Origin: Candidatus Falkowbacteria bacterium HGW-Falkowbacteria-1
Lineage (GTDB): Bacteria > Patescibacteriota > Patescibacteriia > Patescibacteriales > UBA12465
Direction of reading: 5' to 3'
NCBI GenBank assembly: GCA_002840305.1
Contig: PHAI01000002.1
Coordinates: forward strand, 10,707-74,706
DNA length: 64,000 nucleotides
The notes below the pieces were generated by a model. The model saw nothing but the letters and a program-made list of their open reading frames with translations. It searched no databases and was not told the origin of the DNA. Positions 35,746 to 44,923 of this stretch are shown in pieces. Positions within the stretch are counted from its first letter, which is position 1. Each line of letters begins with the position of its first letter. Made by a program: the position numbers and the translations under genes.

Positions 35746-37200
35746 ATGTCCGAAGAAGTAATATTAAGATTTAACGAAGTTAGTTTTGAATATATTCACA
35801 AGAAACCCATTTTAGATGAGGCTAGTTTTAGTATTAGAAGAGGCTCCAAGGTAACATTAATGGGACAAAATGGAGCCGGAAAGAGCACTATTTTTGGTTT
35901 AATTAAAGGAGATTTAAAGTCTAAAAGTGGTTTAGTGTCAATTACTGGAGGAGCTACCGTTGGAACAGCTTCTCAAACTATTGCCAGAGAAGATTTGGCT
36001 TTAAATGTTGAGGATTATTTTAGCAAAGCATTTGCGATTGTTCCGGGAAATATAAAAAGTCGGATTAGTAAAGTTTTGGAAGCAGTTAATTTTAATGTTC
36101 CGCTTGAAAAAATAGTCGGAGATCTTTCTGGTGGACAACAAGCTAGATTGCTTTTGGCTTATGCTTTAATTCAAAATCCAGATATTTTATTATTAGATGA
36201 ACCAACTAATAATTTGGACCAAGATGGCATAGATCATTTAATTAATTTTTTGATCATGCATGATAAAACAGTGGTAGTTATTTCTCACGATGCCGATTTT
36301 TTAAATTGTTTTACCGAAGGAGTTATCTACCTCGATGTTTTTACCAAGAAAACTGAATTATATGTTGGTGACTATTACTCGGTGGTGGAGGAGATTAGCA
36401 GAAGAGTGGAGAGAGAGATTATGAAAAACGCTCAATTAGAGAAAAAAATTAAAGATCGAAAAGAAAAAGTTAATTTTTTTGCTAATAAAGGAGGTAAGAT
36501 GCGTAAGTTGGCTCAAAAAATGAAAGAAGAGACGGAGGATTTGGAGGAAAATAAAGTGGACGTTAGAAGGGAAGATAAGACTATTAGGAAATTTGAAATT
36601 CCTAATCAGGAAAAACTTAGCGGGAATATAGTTACTATAAGTAAGGTAAGGATTATAAAAAATCATGAGCCAGTTTTTAAAAATATTGATAAAGTATTGG
36701 GCAAAAAAGACAGATTGCTTATAACTGGCCCAAATGGTATTGGGAAGAGCACTTTGTTGAGATCTTTAGTCTTTAAGACTCAAGAAGGACTTGATATTTT
36801 GCCAGGCGTGAAAGTTGGTTATTATAGCCAAGATTTTTCTACCTTAAATTTTGATGATAAAGTTTTCAAGTCACTGGAAGACGTCTTGTCCGATGGGATT
36901 GATGAACAAATGATGCGGGCTATAGCCGCTGGATTTTTGATAACTGGTGATTTAATGGAGAACAAAGTTGGCAACTTGTCAGAAGGACAAAAAGGTTTAT
37001 TATCATTTTCTAGATTAGTTTTAATGCGCCCCGGCTTGCTTATTTTAGACGAACCAACTAATCATATCAATTTCCGTCATATTCCAGTGATTGCCGAGGC
37101 TATTAATAATTATCAAGGATCAATGATTATAATTAGCCATATGTCCGATTTTATTAAAGAAATCAGATTAACAGACAGGCTTGATTTGGGTAATTTATAG
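35746..37200 (+). CDS. ABC-F family ATPase, second copy
   Basis: Walker A GQNGAGKST and GPNGIGKST; signatures LSGGQQARL and LSEGQKGLL; no TM segments. Confidence 0.9.
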   Translation: MSEEVILRFNEVSFEYIHKKPILDEASFSIRRGSKVTLMGQNGAGKSTIFGLIKGDLKSKSGLVSITGGATVGTASQTIAREDLALNVEDYFSKAFAIVPGNIKSRISKVLEAVNFNVPLEKIVGDLSGGQQARLLLAYALIQNPDILLLDEPTNNLDQDGIDHLINFLIMHDKTVVVISHDADFLNCFTEGVIYLDVFTKKTELYVGDYYSVVEEISRRVEREIMKNAQLEKKIKDRKEKVNFFANKGGKMRKLAQKMKEETEDLEENKVDVRREDKTIRKFEIPNQEKLSGNIVTISKVRIIKNHEPVFKNIDKVLGKKDRLLITGPNGIGKSTLLRSLVFKTQEGLDILPGVKVGYYSQDFSTLNFDDKVFKSLEDVLSDGIDEQMMRAIAAGFLITGDLMENKVGNLSEGQKGLLSFSRLVLMRPGLLILDEPTNHINFRHIPVIAEAINNYQGSMIIISHMSDFIKEIRLTDRLDLGNL

Positions 37201-37297
37201 TCTAAAAAATATAAAACAGTAAAAAATGTTTGGCATTGATTTTATTTTAATAATAAGATAAGATAAGCATAGTAGTTATTATTTATTAAATATTTAT

Positions 37298-37414
37298 ATG
37301 GCAAAAAGAGACACTGGTGTTGGTAAACACAAAAAAGCGCATTCTCATAAAACAAAAAAAAGACTAGAAGTTAAACGTTTAATGCTTGAGAAAAAAGCTT
37401 CTAAAAAAAAGTAA
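37298..37414 (+). CDS. Small, highly basic ORF (38 aa, MAKRDTGVGKHKKAHSHKTKKRLEVKRLMLEKKASKKK); absent from the ORF track because it is under 60 aa
   Basis: ATG in the AAATATTTAT-ATG context typical of this window's genes; TAA stop; a strong terminator follows 20 nt downstream. Confidence 0.4.
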   Translation: MAKRDTGVGKHKKAHSHKTKKRLEVKRLMLEKKASKKK

Positions 37415-37433
37415 TATTTTTTATCTCAAGTTT

Positions 37434-37465
37434 AAAACAACCCTTTTTGAAAGGGTTGTTTTTTG
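37434..37465. terminator. Bidirectional terminator
   Basis: Stem CAACCCTT/AAGGGTTG with loop TTTGA, flanked by an A-run and a T-run. Confidence 0.7.
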
Positions 37466-37488
37466 TTTGCCGTTCAATGTTTCAATTT

Positions 37489-38763
37489 TTAGTTTTGTAA
37501 ATTTATCTTATGTATTTCTTCGCTACTACCGTCAGTAAAAAACAAATTTGACTGATTTTTGTCTATCATTATTGATGAAATATTGTAGTTTTGGTCTGGT
37601 ATTGCTATTAATGTTTTTTGTCCTGTTTCTATGTTGATTTTGTACAAATCATCAGAAGTTACCATTGCTGTTTCTGAAAAAATACCAGAACTATTTTCTA
37701 TATATTTAGGAACAGCACAATAAACCTCAGAGTTACTAACAAAAACACATTTTTCTGCCCATGTTTCCAGTCCTAAGTTTTTTCTACTGGTACCAGTTTG
37801 ATCTCCGTTGGCATTTACAATCCATAAATTTGGTTTTAAGCCATTTTTGGGCGAGCTAACACTGTAAAGTAATTTTTCTCCGTTTTGCGACCATTGTGGC
37901 TGGAAATCTTGACCTTCTACGATTATTGATTTAAAACTCTGTCCGTATTCACCGATAAAAATAACCTCTTTTTTATTAATGTCAAGACTTTTTGTGTACA
38001 TAGCCACTGATTGATTGTTTGGTGACCAATATGGGATTATAGAGTTATTACTTGCCTCTATTTTCTCTAATGACTTAGTTTGAGATCCGTCACTATTTGA
38101 AACCACCAACCAGTTGTTATTAGAATCTGTGCCCAGACTTTTGTTAATCAGTTTTTTGCTATCCGGTGAAAACGTAAAGTCTTCCCAATGGCTAGGTAGG
38201 GTTATTTGTTTGTCGGTGTTAAAATCATAGACTATTTTTGTTTGGTTGGAAAACTCTATTACAGCTTTTGTTTTGTTTGGTGCCCATTCGACATTAGATG
38301 CGTTTTTAAAAATTTTATCACTCAACAAAACTAATTCTCCATTTTCGTTTATTTTATAGAATTGTCCATCATCTTTGTTGTAAAATTGAATAGAGTTACC
38401 GTCTATACTTAAGGTTGGTTTTAGGGTGAGCGAATCAACGATTGTTGTTGTTTGTGTTAGCCCTCCAATAGCTATAGGACTGGCATAATTTGAATCGCCA
38501 GAAACTTGGGCCTCTTGTGGTTTTAAAGCTTGAGGAGCGTCTTCTGATTCTACGATATTTTGTTCGTTGGTATCAGCTATTATTGGTGTTCCGTCGGCCG
38601 AAGTTGGTAAACCATCAAAAATTGCAGTGTCGGAGTTTGTAGTTGTTGGTGACAAAATTGTTGATTGTTTAAAAAATATGCGCCATATCAAAAAACCAAT
38701 AAGGGAAATAAAAACTAAAAAACCGATTACTAAAAATATTTTTTTGATTTTTTCGTTTTCCAT
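37489..38763 (-). CDS. Membrane-anchored TolB-like (PD40/WD40-like) beta-propeller protein
   Basis: N-terminal TM helix; repeated FSPDSKKL, WSPNNQSVA and WSQNGEKLLY strands are typical of PD40 repeats. Confidence 0.6.
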   Translation of the reverse strand: MENEKIKKIFLVIGFLVFISLIGFLIWRIFFKQSTILSPTTTNSDTAIFDGLPTSADGTPIIADTNEQNIVESEDAPQALKPQEAQVSGDSNYASPIAIGGLTQTTTIVDSLTLKPTLSIDGNSIQFYNKDDGQFYKINENGELVLLSDKIFKNASNVEWAPNKTKAVIEFSNQTKIVYDFNTDKQITLPSHWEDFTFSPDSKKLINKSLGTDSNNNWLVVSNSDGSQTKSLEKIEASNNSIIPYWSPNNQSVAMYTKSLDINKKEVIFIGEYGQSFKSIIVEGQDFQPQWSQNGEKLLYSVSSPKNGLKPNLWIVNANGDQTGTSRKNLGLETWAEKCVFVSNSEVYCAVPKYIENSSGIFSETAMVTSDDLYKINIETGQKTLIAIPDQNYNISSIMIDKNQSNLFFTDGSSEEIHKINLQN

Positions 38764-39005
38764 TTTTTTATTATATTATAACAAAGAATAATTATTATAA
38801 TATTTGTTTATTTTTAAATTATTGTTTAAATTATAGCATTTTTTTGGATAAAATGAAACTTTTAGTATAAACGTAGCAAAGATTACTCGCCAATCTGTAA
38901 AGTTAATTGAAGATAAGAGCCAATAAAGCATATTCATTTTTTGAGTAATTTATGCTAGAATTATTATATCGGCAAGTTTAGTTATAAAAAATTAATAAAA
39001 AAAAT

Positions 39006-41342
39006 ATGAATGATCAAAATTTTGAACAGTTATCTTCCGATGATTCTAAATTGGTCGGTCCGGGGCCAAAATCAAACAAACTTATATTTTTATTGTTGGT
39101 TGTTTTGGCCATATTGATTTCTTATTCTGTTTTTATCAATGTAAATAGAAATAACCAAGAGGAGGAAGAAAAAGTAGTTATAAATGAGAGTGATATAATA
39201 AAAGTAGAAGATAAAAAGAGCGAAAATACCGTTGTTTTGTCGAATTTTGCAAGTTATAGTGAATTTCCGGTAAATATAAATCCAAAAGTTCTGGCATATT
39301 CGGTTGGTCAAAATTTAAATAATATTTCAAATTCTAATGACTTTACCTTTTCTTCGCCTGAAAAAAGCCAATTAATCAAAAATGCTTTTTTTGTTCGCCC
39401 GGCTTATTATGATGAATTTTTTCAACTCTATGAAAATAATAGATATGGTTATGTTCCGAGTTTTATTACTACTGACTCCATTCTTCATAATTATCATTTA
39501 ATGTTTGCTTATTCGCTTAAACAGTTGGAGGAAGAGAAGTTAATTCCTGAAGTAAAAAAACTTAGCTCTCAAATGCTTTCCGATTCTACAAATCAATACA
39601 AGATTTTAAAAGGAGGTGATTGGGAGAATGCCGCCAAAAGAAATGTAGGGTTTTTCTCGGTTGGAGCTAGTATTCTGGATCCATCTTTGAATGTTGATTC
39701 GATTGTAAAGAACAACGTTGAGCGAGAGTTGGTTTTTATAAATGATCATCAGGGAATTGAAAAATCTCCAGTAATGAATATTGGTAGTGAAAACGGTGTT
39801 ATTATTGATACCCCTCAAGGGCCGCAAGAGTTGGGCAGTATTATGGAGGACTACTCCCAATATATTCCTAGAGGTCACTATGATAAAAATGAAGAATTAA
39901 GAACTTATTTCAAATCAATGATGTGGTATGGTCGTTTATCTTTTAGATTAAAAAATATTGATGAAGTGAAATCGGCTGTACTTATCACACTCTCTCTTAG
40001 TGAAAAGGAAAATTATGATAGTTGGAACAAGATTTATGAACCAATAAACTTTTTTGTTGGTAAGAGTGATGACATAACTTATTATCAATTTAAAGATTTA
40101 CTGGGACAGGTTTACGGACAAAATTTTAATCTTGAGGATGTTATAGCTGATGACGATAAGCTTGAAGTATTTGTGAATTTAGTTAAAAAGTTAGACCCAC
40201 CACAAATAAACTCAATGCCTATTTTTGAAGCCTCGATTCAAGCTGATAGAAATGCAGAGATTATGGGTTTTCGTTTTTTAGGACAAAGGTTCACAATTGA
40301 TGCCTCTATTTTTCAAAGACTTATTTATAGAGAAGTTGGAGATAAAAGCAAGTCTTGCCAGGACTATAAGCCAGAAGAAAGCTCTTGCTTGTCTGGCGCT
40401 AGATGTCTACCGAAAGGATTGGACATCCCAGCTACGATGGGCTCGAAAGAGGCTTCTAGTATTTTAGAACGATTAGGTGAAGCCAGTTACGCTTGTTATC
40501 AGGAGAATATGAGTAAAATGCAGTCTTATCTTGGTAATTTACCAATTAATACCTGGACACAAAATTTGTACTGGTCTTGGTTGTATCAGTTATTGCCTCT
40601 TCTTAGTGAAAAAACTGATGGATATCCTTCTTTTATGAGAAATAATGCTTGGTTGAGAAAAGATTTGAACACTTTTTTGGGAAGTTTTACGGAATTGAAA
40701 CATGATACGATTCTTTATGCCAAACAAGTATATGCCGAGCTTGGGGCCGGAATGCCAGAAGAGCGAGATGATAGGGGCTACGTGGAGCCAAATCCTTATG
40801 TTTATTCTCGGTTAGCCTCGCTTTTAAAAATGACCAGAGAGGGGCTGGAATCTCGTGGAATCTTAGATATAGGTATGAAAGAGAATTTTGCTAGAATGGA
40901 AGAATTGGCGTTGTCACTTAAAGTTATAGCAGAGAAGGAATTGAATGGAGAGAAAGTAACGGACGATGAGTATGAAATTATTCGTTCTTACGGAGGTCAA
41001 TTAGAACATTTATGGATTGAAGTTAATAAAAACGAACAGCAATATAAAGAATCATCAAGCCAAAGGGATTATTTAGATGAAAATCCAGCCGCTATAGTTG
41101 CCGATATCGCTACCGATCCAAATGGACAGGTGCTTGAGCTTGGTACTGGCAAAATTTTTGAGATTTATGTTGTAGTTCCGATTGATGGAGAGTTAAGGAT
41201 AGCCAAGGGTGGTGTTTATTCTTATTATGAATTCTCATGGCCGATGTCAGACAGATTAACTGATAAAAAATGGCGAGAAATGATTGATACCGAGCAAACA
41301 CCAGAATTACCTCAGTGGACCGATGTTTTTATAGTTAAATAA
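39006..41342 (+). CDS. Large membrane-anchored exported protein (778 aa), possibly DUF3160 family
   Basis: One N-terminal TM helix. The family assignment comes from memory of size and composition and is not verified. Confidence 0.4.
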   Translation: MNDQNFEQLSSDDSKLVGPGPKSNKLIFLLLVVLAILISYSVFINVNRNNQEEEEKVVINESDIIKVEDKKSENTVVLSNFASYSEFPVNINPKVLAYSVGQNLNNISNSNDFTFSSPEKSQLIKNAFFVRPAYYDEFFQLYENNRYGYVPSFITTDSILHNYHLMFAYSLKQLEEEKLIPEVKKLSSQMLSDSTNQYKILKGGDWENAAKRNVGFFSVGASILDPSLNVDSIVKNNVERELVFINDHQGIEKSPVMNIGSENGVIIDTPQGPQELGSIMEDYSQYIPRGHYDKNEELRTYFKSMMWYGRLSFRLKNIDEVKSAVLITLSLSEKENYDSWNKIYEPINFFVGKSDDITYYQFKDLLGQVYGQNFNLEDVIADDDKLEVFVNLVKKLDPPQINSMPIFEASIQADRNAEIMGFRFLGQRFTIDASIFQRLIYREVGDKSKSCQDYKPEESSCLSGARCLPKGLDIPATMGSKEASSILERLGEASYACYQENMSKMQSYLGNLPINTWTQNLYWSWLYQLLPLLSEKTDGYPSFMRNNAWLRKDLNTFLGSFTELKHDTILYAKQVYAELGAGMPEERDDRGYVEPNPYVYSRLASLLKMTREGLESRGILDIGMKENFARMEELALSLKVIAEKELNGEKVTDDEYEIIRSYGGQLEHLWIEVNKNEQQYKESSSQRDYLDENPAAIVADIATDPNGQVLELGTGKIFEIYVVVPIDGELRIAKGGVYSYYEFSWPMSDRLTDKKWREMIDTEQTPELPQWTDVFIVK

Positions 41343-41347
41343 AATAA

Positions 41348-43102
41348 ATGAAAGGGAGAATTGTTTGGGTAATACTATTTTCTGTTCTCGGTATTTTTAT
41401 AGCCATTTTTGAGAGTGACAAGGTTTTCGATTTTTCTGTTCTTAGTTTTTCAAAAGACGGGAGCACAAACAAACAGGAGGAAGTTAAAAAAAATTTTTTA
41501 ACATTTTTAGAACAGAAAAAGAAAATTACTTCAGTAGACGATGGGGTTTCCTTGATTGCAGTTGGCGATATTTCTTATTCGCGTGGAGTAGAAAGAATGG
41601 TTAAAGCAAAAGGGGATATTAATTATCCATTTTTAGAAATAAAAGACTATTTAAAAAATTCCGATTTAGTTTTTGCTAATTTAGAAACACCAATTACGGA
41701 GGGAAGGGAAATTTCTGATTTTGAAATGGTTTTTAGATCAAATCCTGGGACGGAGCAAGCTTTAAAAGATGCCGGTTTTTCTATTATGTCTTTGGCCAAT
41801 AATCATACTCCTAATTTTGGAGAAAGAGGTCTTCTCGATACCTTTGCATGTCTTGATAGAGTTAATATAGTTTATTCTGGGGCTGGAAAAAACAACGAAG
41901 AGGCCGATGCTCCGGTTTATATAGAAAGAAAGGGAATAAGGTTCGCCTTTCTTTCTTATAACGATTTTGATGTTGTGCCTGCTTATTATGAGGCTAGTGA
42001 AAATAGGGCCGGAACAGCCTTCATGAGAATTGAAAAAATGAATGAAAATGTAAAAAAAGCGAAAGAGAATAGTGACTTTGTAATTATTTCTATGCACTCT
42101 GGTACGGAATATGTTGATAATCCAAACAATTCACAAATAAATTTTGCACATTCTGCAATTGATGCTGGTGCTGATATGGTTATCGGACACCATCCTCATG
42201 TAGTTCAAACAGTGGAAGAGTATAAGGGTAAGTTTATTTTTTATAGTTTGGGTAATTTTGTCTTTGATCAATCTTGGTCACAAGATACGACAGAAGCTTT
42301 GTTAGTTAAAATATACTTCACAAAAAATGGAATTAGTAAAATTTCTTTTTTGCCAGTAGTTTCTGATAATTTAGTCCAAGTAAAGGTTGCCGACAGAGAA
42401 GAGGCTAAAAAAATAATAACAAGATTAAAACTTTCTTTAGATGAAAGTTTTCTTTATTTTTGGAATAACGGAAAAGGTGATTTCGAAAAAGAAACCAGGA
42501 GTGTGATCTATCAAAAAGAATTGGTTAGCAAAAATATTTTTTCAAAAGAAGAAAGTGCTGATTTAGATAATGATTCTGTTTTAGAAAAATATATATTAGA
42601 AAATGGTGTTATTAAAGTTTTTGAAATGGGCAATTTTATTTGGCAATCTCCAGTTGATTGGTGGGTAGATGATTTTGCCCTGGTTGATTCTGATAATAGT
42701 GGAAATTTAAATTTAAACTTATCTTTATGGAAGGAGGGTAATTTTGGAAGCTCCAAGCCTTTTTGGATAAAAGAGAACGACATGAGTATAAAAAATCATT
42801 TTTTTATTTATGAGTTTTCTGTTGATAAAGAATTCAAGCAAGTTTGGTCTTCTTCCAACCTTGCCGTGCCTAATTGTGAGTTTAAAATTGGTGATGTGGA
42901 TATGGACGGGAAAAATGATTTAATTGTAATTGAGGGAAGCTATTTAGATGATTTTTCGTGTAAAGGAAATTACGTTGCTGTTTGGAAGTGGAATTCATGG
43001 GGTTTTTCAAACGAATGGAGGTCCGAAAGTGGTGTTTTTTCAAATTTAGAGCTGGAAAAAAACAATAATGAAACTTTTTTTACAGTTGACTTTTCGAGAT
43101 AA
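41348..43102 (+). CDS. CapA/PGA_cap-family metallophosphatase-like protein with a C-terminal FG-GAP/VCBS-like segment
   Basis: LIAVGDISYSRG, ANLETPIT, SLANNHTPNFG, ISMHSGTEY, VIGHHPHVVQ and YSLGNFVFDQ are the CapA motifs; the C-terminus has GDVDMDGKNDLIV. It begins 6 nt after the previous gene. Confidence 0.75.
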   Translation: MKGRIVWVILFSVLGIFIAIFESDKVFDFSVLSFSKDGSTNKQEEVKKNFLTFLEQKKKITSVDDGVSLIAVGDISYSRGVERMVKAKGDINYPFLEIKDYLKNSDLVFANLETPITEGREISDFEMVFRSNPGTEQALKDAGFSIMSLANNHTPNFGERGLLDTFACLDRVNIVYSGAGKNNEEADAPVYIERKGIRFAFLSYNDFDVVPAYYEASENRAGTAFMRIEKMNENVKKAKENSDFVIISMHSGTEYVDNPNNSQINFAHSAIDAGADMVIGHHPHVVQTVEEYKGKFIFYSLGNFVFDQSWSQDTTEALLVKIYFTKNGISKISFLPVVSDNLVQVKVADREEAKKIITRLKLSLDESFLYFWNNGKGDFEKETRSVIYQKELVSKNIFSKEESADLDNDSVLEKYILENGVIKVFEMGNFIWQSPVDWWVDDFALVDSDNSGNLNLNLSLWKEGNFGSSKPFWIKENDMSIKNHFFIYEFSVDKEFKQVWSSSNLAVPNCEFKIGDVDMDGKNDLIVIEGSYLDDFSCKGNYVAVWKWNSWGFSNEWRSESGVFSNLELEKNNNETFFTVDFSR

Positions 43103-43184
43103 ATTTAATGAGATTAATTATTGTTTTACTTCCGTTTCTTTTTAATATATAATTGTTTAATATTTATAAATTAATTTTAAATCC

Positions 43185-43535
43185 ATGAAAGAGGTTCAAG
43201 AAATTTTTAATACGATACAGGCTCGTCAAAAAGAACAAAAGACAATAAGGGGAATGTATAGAGATGTATTGGCTAATTCTCAAGAATATCAAAGCATATT
43301 AGAAGAATTGGAAGTTTTAAAAACTAAAAAAAGAAAGACCCTGGAGGCCTTAAAAATGGATTTAAGATCGGAGATGGATGAATTAGATAAAATAAAAAGT
43401 GACATTGATTCTGAAAAAGAATTATTGAGTCATGCTACCTTGAGTAAATTAATAAAAGGGGAGCAACTTGAGATAGTCGACGAGAATAATAATAAATATG
43501 AACCAATATTTAGTGTTCGCTTCAAGAAATTTTAA
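43185..43535 (+). CDS. Hypothetical coiled-coil protein (116 aa)
   Basis: ORF only. Confidence 0.45.
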   Translation: MKEVQEIFNTIQARQKEQKTIRGMYRDVLANSQEYQSILEELEVLKTKKRKTLEALKMDLRSEMDELDKIKSDIDSEKELLSHATLSKLIKGEQLEIVDENNNKYEPIFSVRFKKF

Positions 43536-43574
43536 ATTTTTATATTGTAGAAGCTTTTAGTCTTTTTATATTTT

Positions 43575-44075
43575 TTAACTAATATTCAAAATTTTGTATA
43601 TTTTTGTTCCGCCGTTTATTAGGAGTTTTATTATATCTCCTTTTCTTTTGTTAATTAAAGCATTGCCCAGAGGAGAACTGTAAGATATAAGTCCCTTACT
43701 TGGGTTAGTCTCTAGAGATCCCAATATTTGATACTTTTTAATTTCTCCTTCAATTTCTAATTTTACCAAACTACCAATCTCGATTATTTCGCTGTTTTCT
43801 TTTGTTTCTATTATTTCGGCTCTATTCAAAAGATCCTCTATTTTTGTTATTTTATTGTTTGTTCTTCTGAGATTCTGTTTGGCCATTTGATAACCGGCAT
43901 TTTCAGAGTAGTCACCAGTGGTTGAAAGCTCTTTAACTTCCTTGCTCTCCGTTGGTCTTATTTCATTTTTGAGCTTGCTGAGATTATTTTGCAAAATTTG
44001 ATATCTTTTCAGGGTAATCTTCGGATCACTTTTGCTGATTGGTATTTTGTCATTTTTTCTAATTGGGGTTCTCAT
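43575..44075 (-). CDS. greA: Transcription elongation factor GreA
   Basis: GDYSENAGYQMAKQNLRRTNNKITKIEDLL and the C-terminal SYSSPLGNALINKRKGD. Confidence 0.9.
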   Translation of the reverse strand: MRTPIRKNDKIPISKSDPKITLKRYQILQNNLSKLKNEIRPTESKEVKELSTTGDYSENAGYQMAKQNLRRTNNKITKIEDLLNRAEIIETKENSEIIEIGSLVKLEIEGEIKKYQILGSLETNPSKGLISYSSPLGNALINKRKGDIIKLLINGGTKIYKILNIS

Positions 44076-44089
44076 TTTTTTATATAATT

Positions 44090-44779
44090 TTAATTGTTTA
44101 ATTCCTTTTCTTCTTTTTCTACTTCTTTAATAGCAGTTCTTCTAACCTTTTGCAGATGTATAAGAGAGAAAACAATCAAGCCCCCCAAAAATATTCCAAG
44201 AACGTTCATCAAAAAGAACATTGATACATGTGACAATAGTTCTAAGTTGAAACTAGGAATAATCAATCCTATTGATGTTAGAGGCGGAATTATTGTTACG
44301 GCGATTGCTATTCCTGATAGATAATCTTTTGAATTTGTTCTAGTCCAGGCATAACTAGCGGTTATTCCAGCGGTTAGGGCTATGGCAAAAGTTAACCAAG
44401 AAATGTTCATTTCTTTTATAAGGAGTATTTCTTCTACGTTTATATTAAATACTGTTCCGACAAGTGTTGAAACAAAAACGGCTACAAATAAAGATAAAGC
44501 AAAAATTTTAAAAGATCGCCAGAAGACTTTAAAATTTGTAATAACGCAACCGAGAGATATGGCCAGTATCGGTGACAAAAGTGGAGCAACTATCATACCG
44601 GCTATTACCAGTGCCAGATTGTCAGCTATCAATCCTAGCGATGTTATAATGGACGATAAAGAGACCATTAAGTAAAAATCAAGCTTTGGAGCGCTGGAGT
44701 CAATGATGCTTGAAATAAACGTCTTTTTGTTTTCCTTGCTAATGTCCCTCACTCTAATTATTTCTCTAAAATTTATCAT
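44090..44779 (-). CDS. DUF389/TIGR00341-like integral membrane protein
   Basis: About 6 TM segments; the LALVIAGMIVAPLLSPIL motif resembles DUF389. Confidence 0.6.
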   Translation of the reverse strand: MINFREIIRVRDISKENKKTFISSIIDSSAPKLDFYLMVSLSSIITSLGLIADNLALVIAGMIVAPLLSPILAISLGCVITNFKVFWRSFKIFALSLFVAVFVSTLVGTVFNINVEEILLIKEMNISWLTFAIALTAGITASYAWTRTNSKDYLSGIAIAVTIIPPLTSIGLIIPSFNLELLSHVSMFFLMNVLGIFLGGLIVFSLIHLQKVRRTAIKEVEKEEKELNN

Positions 44780-44923
44780 ATAATTTGTTTGTTGTTGTTT
44801 AGTTTTATAAGTTCATTTTATAGTATTTATATGTTTTTATCAAATAAAGAGGGTTTAATTTTACTTTTTTTAAAATTAAGCTATAATATTATCATCTAAT
44901 AAACAAAATTAATATATAAACTT

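Noticed and set aside
26977-37200. Two ABC-F ATPases as a possible antibiotic-resistance (ARE) pair
   Set aside because: ABC-F proteins are common housekeeping translation factors. Nothing in the sequence, such as a diagnostic linker I can recognise, or in the gene context distinguishes them as resistance determinants.
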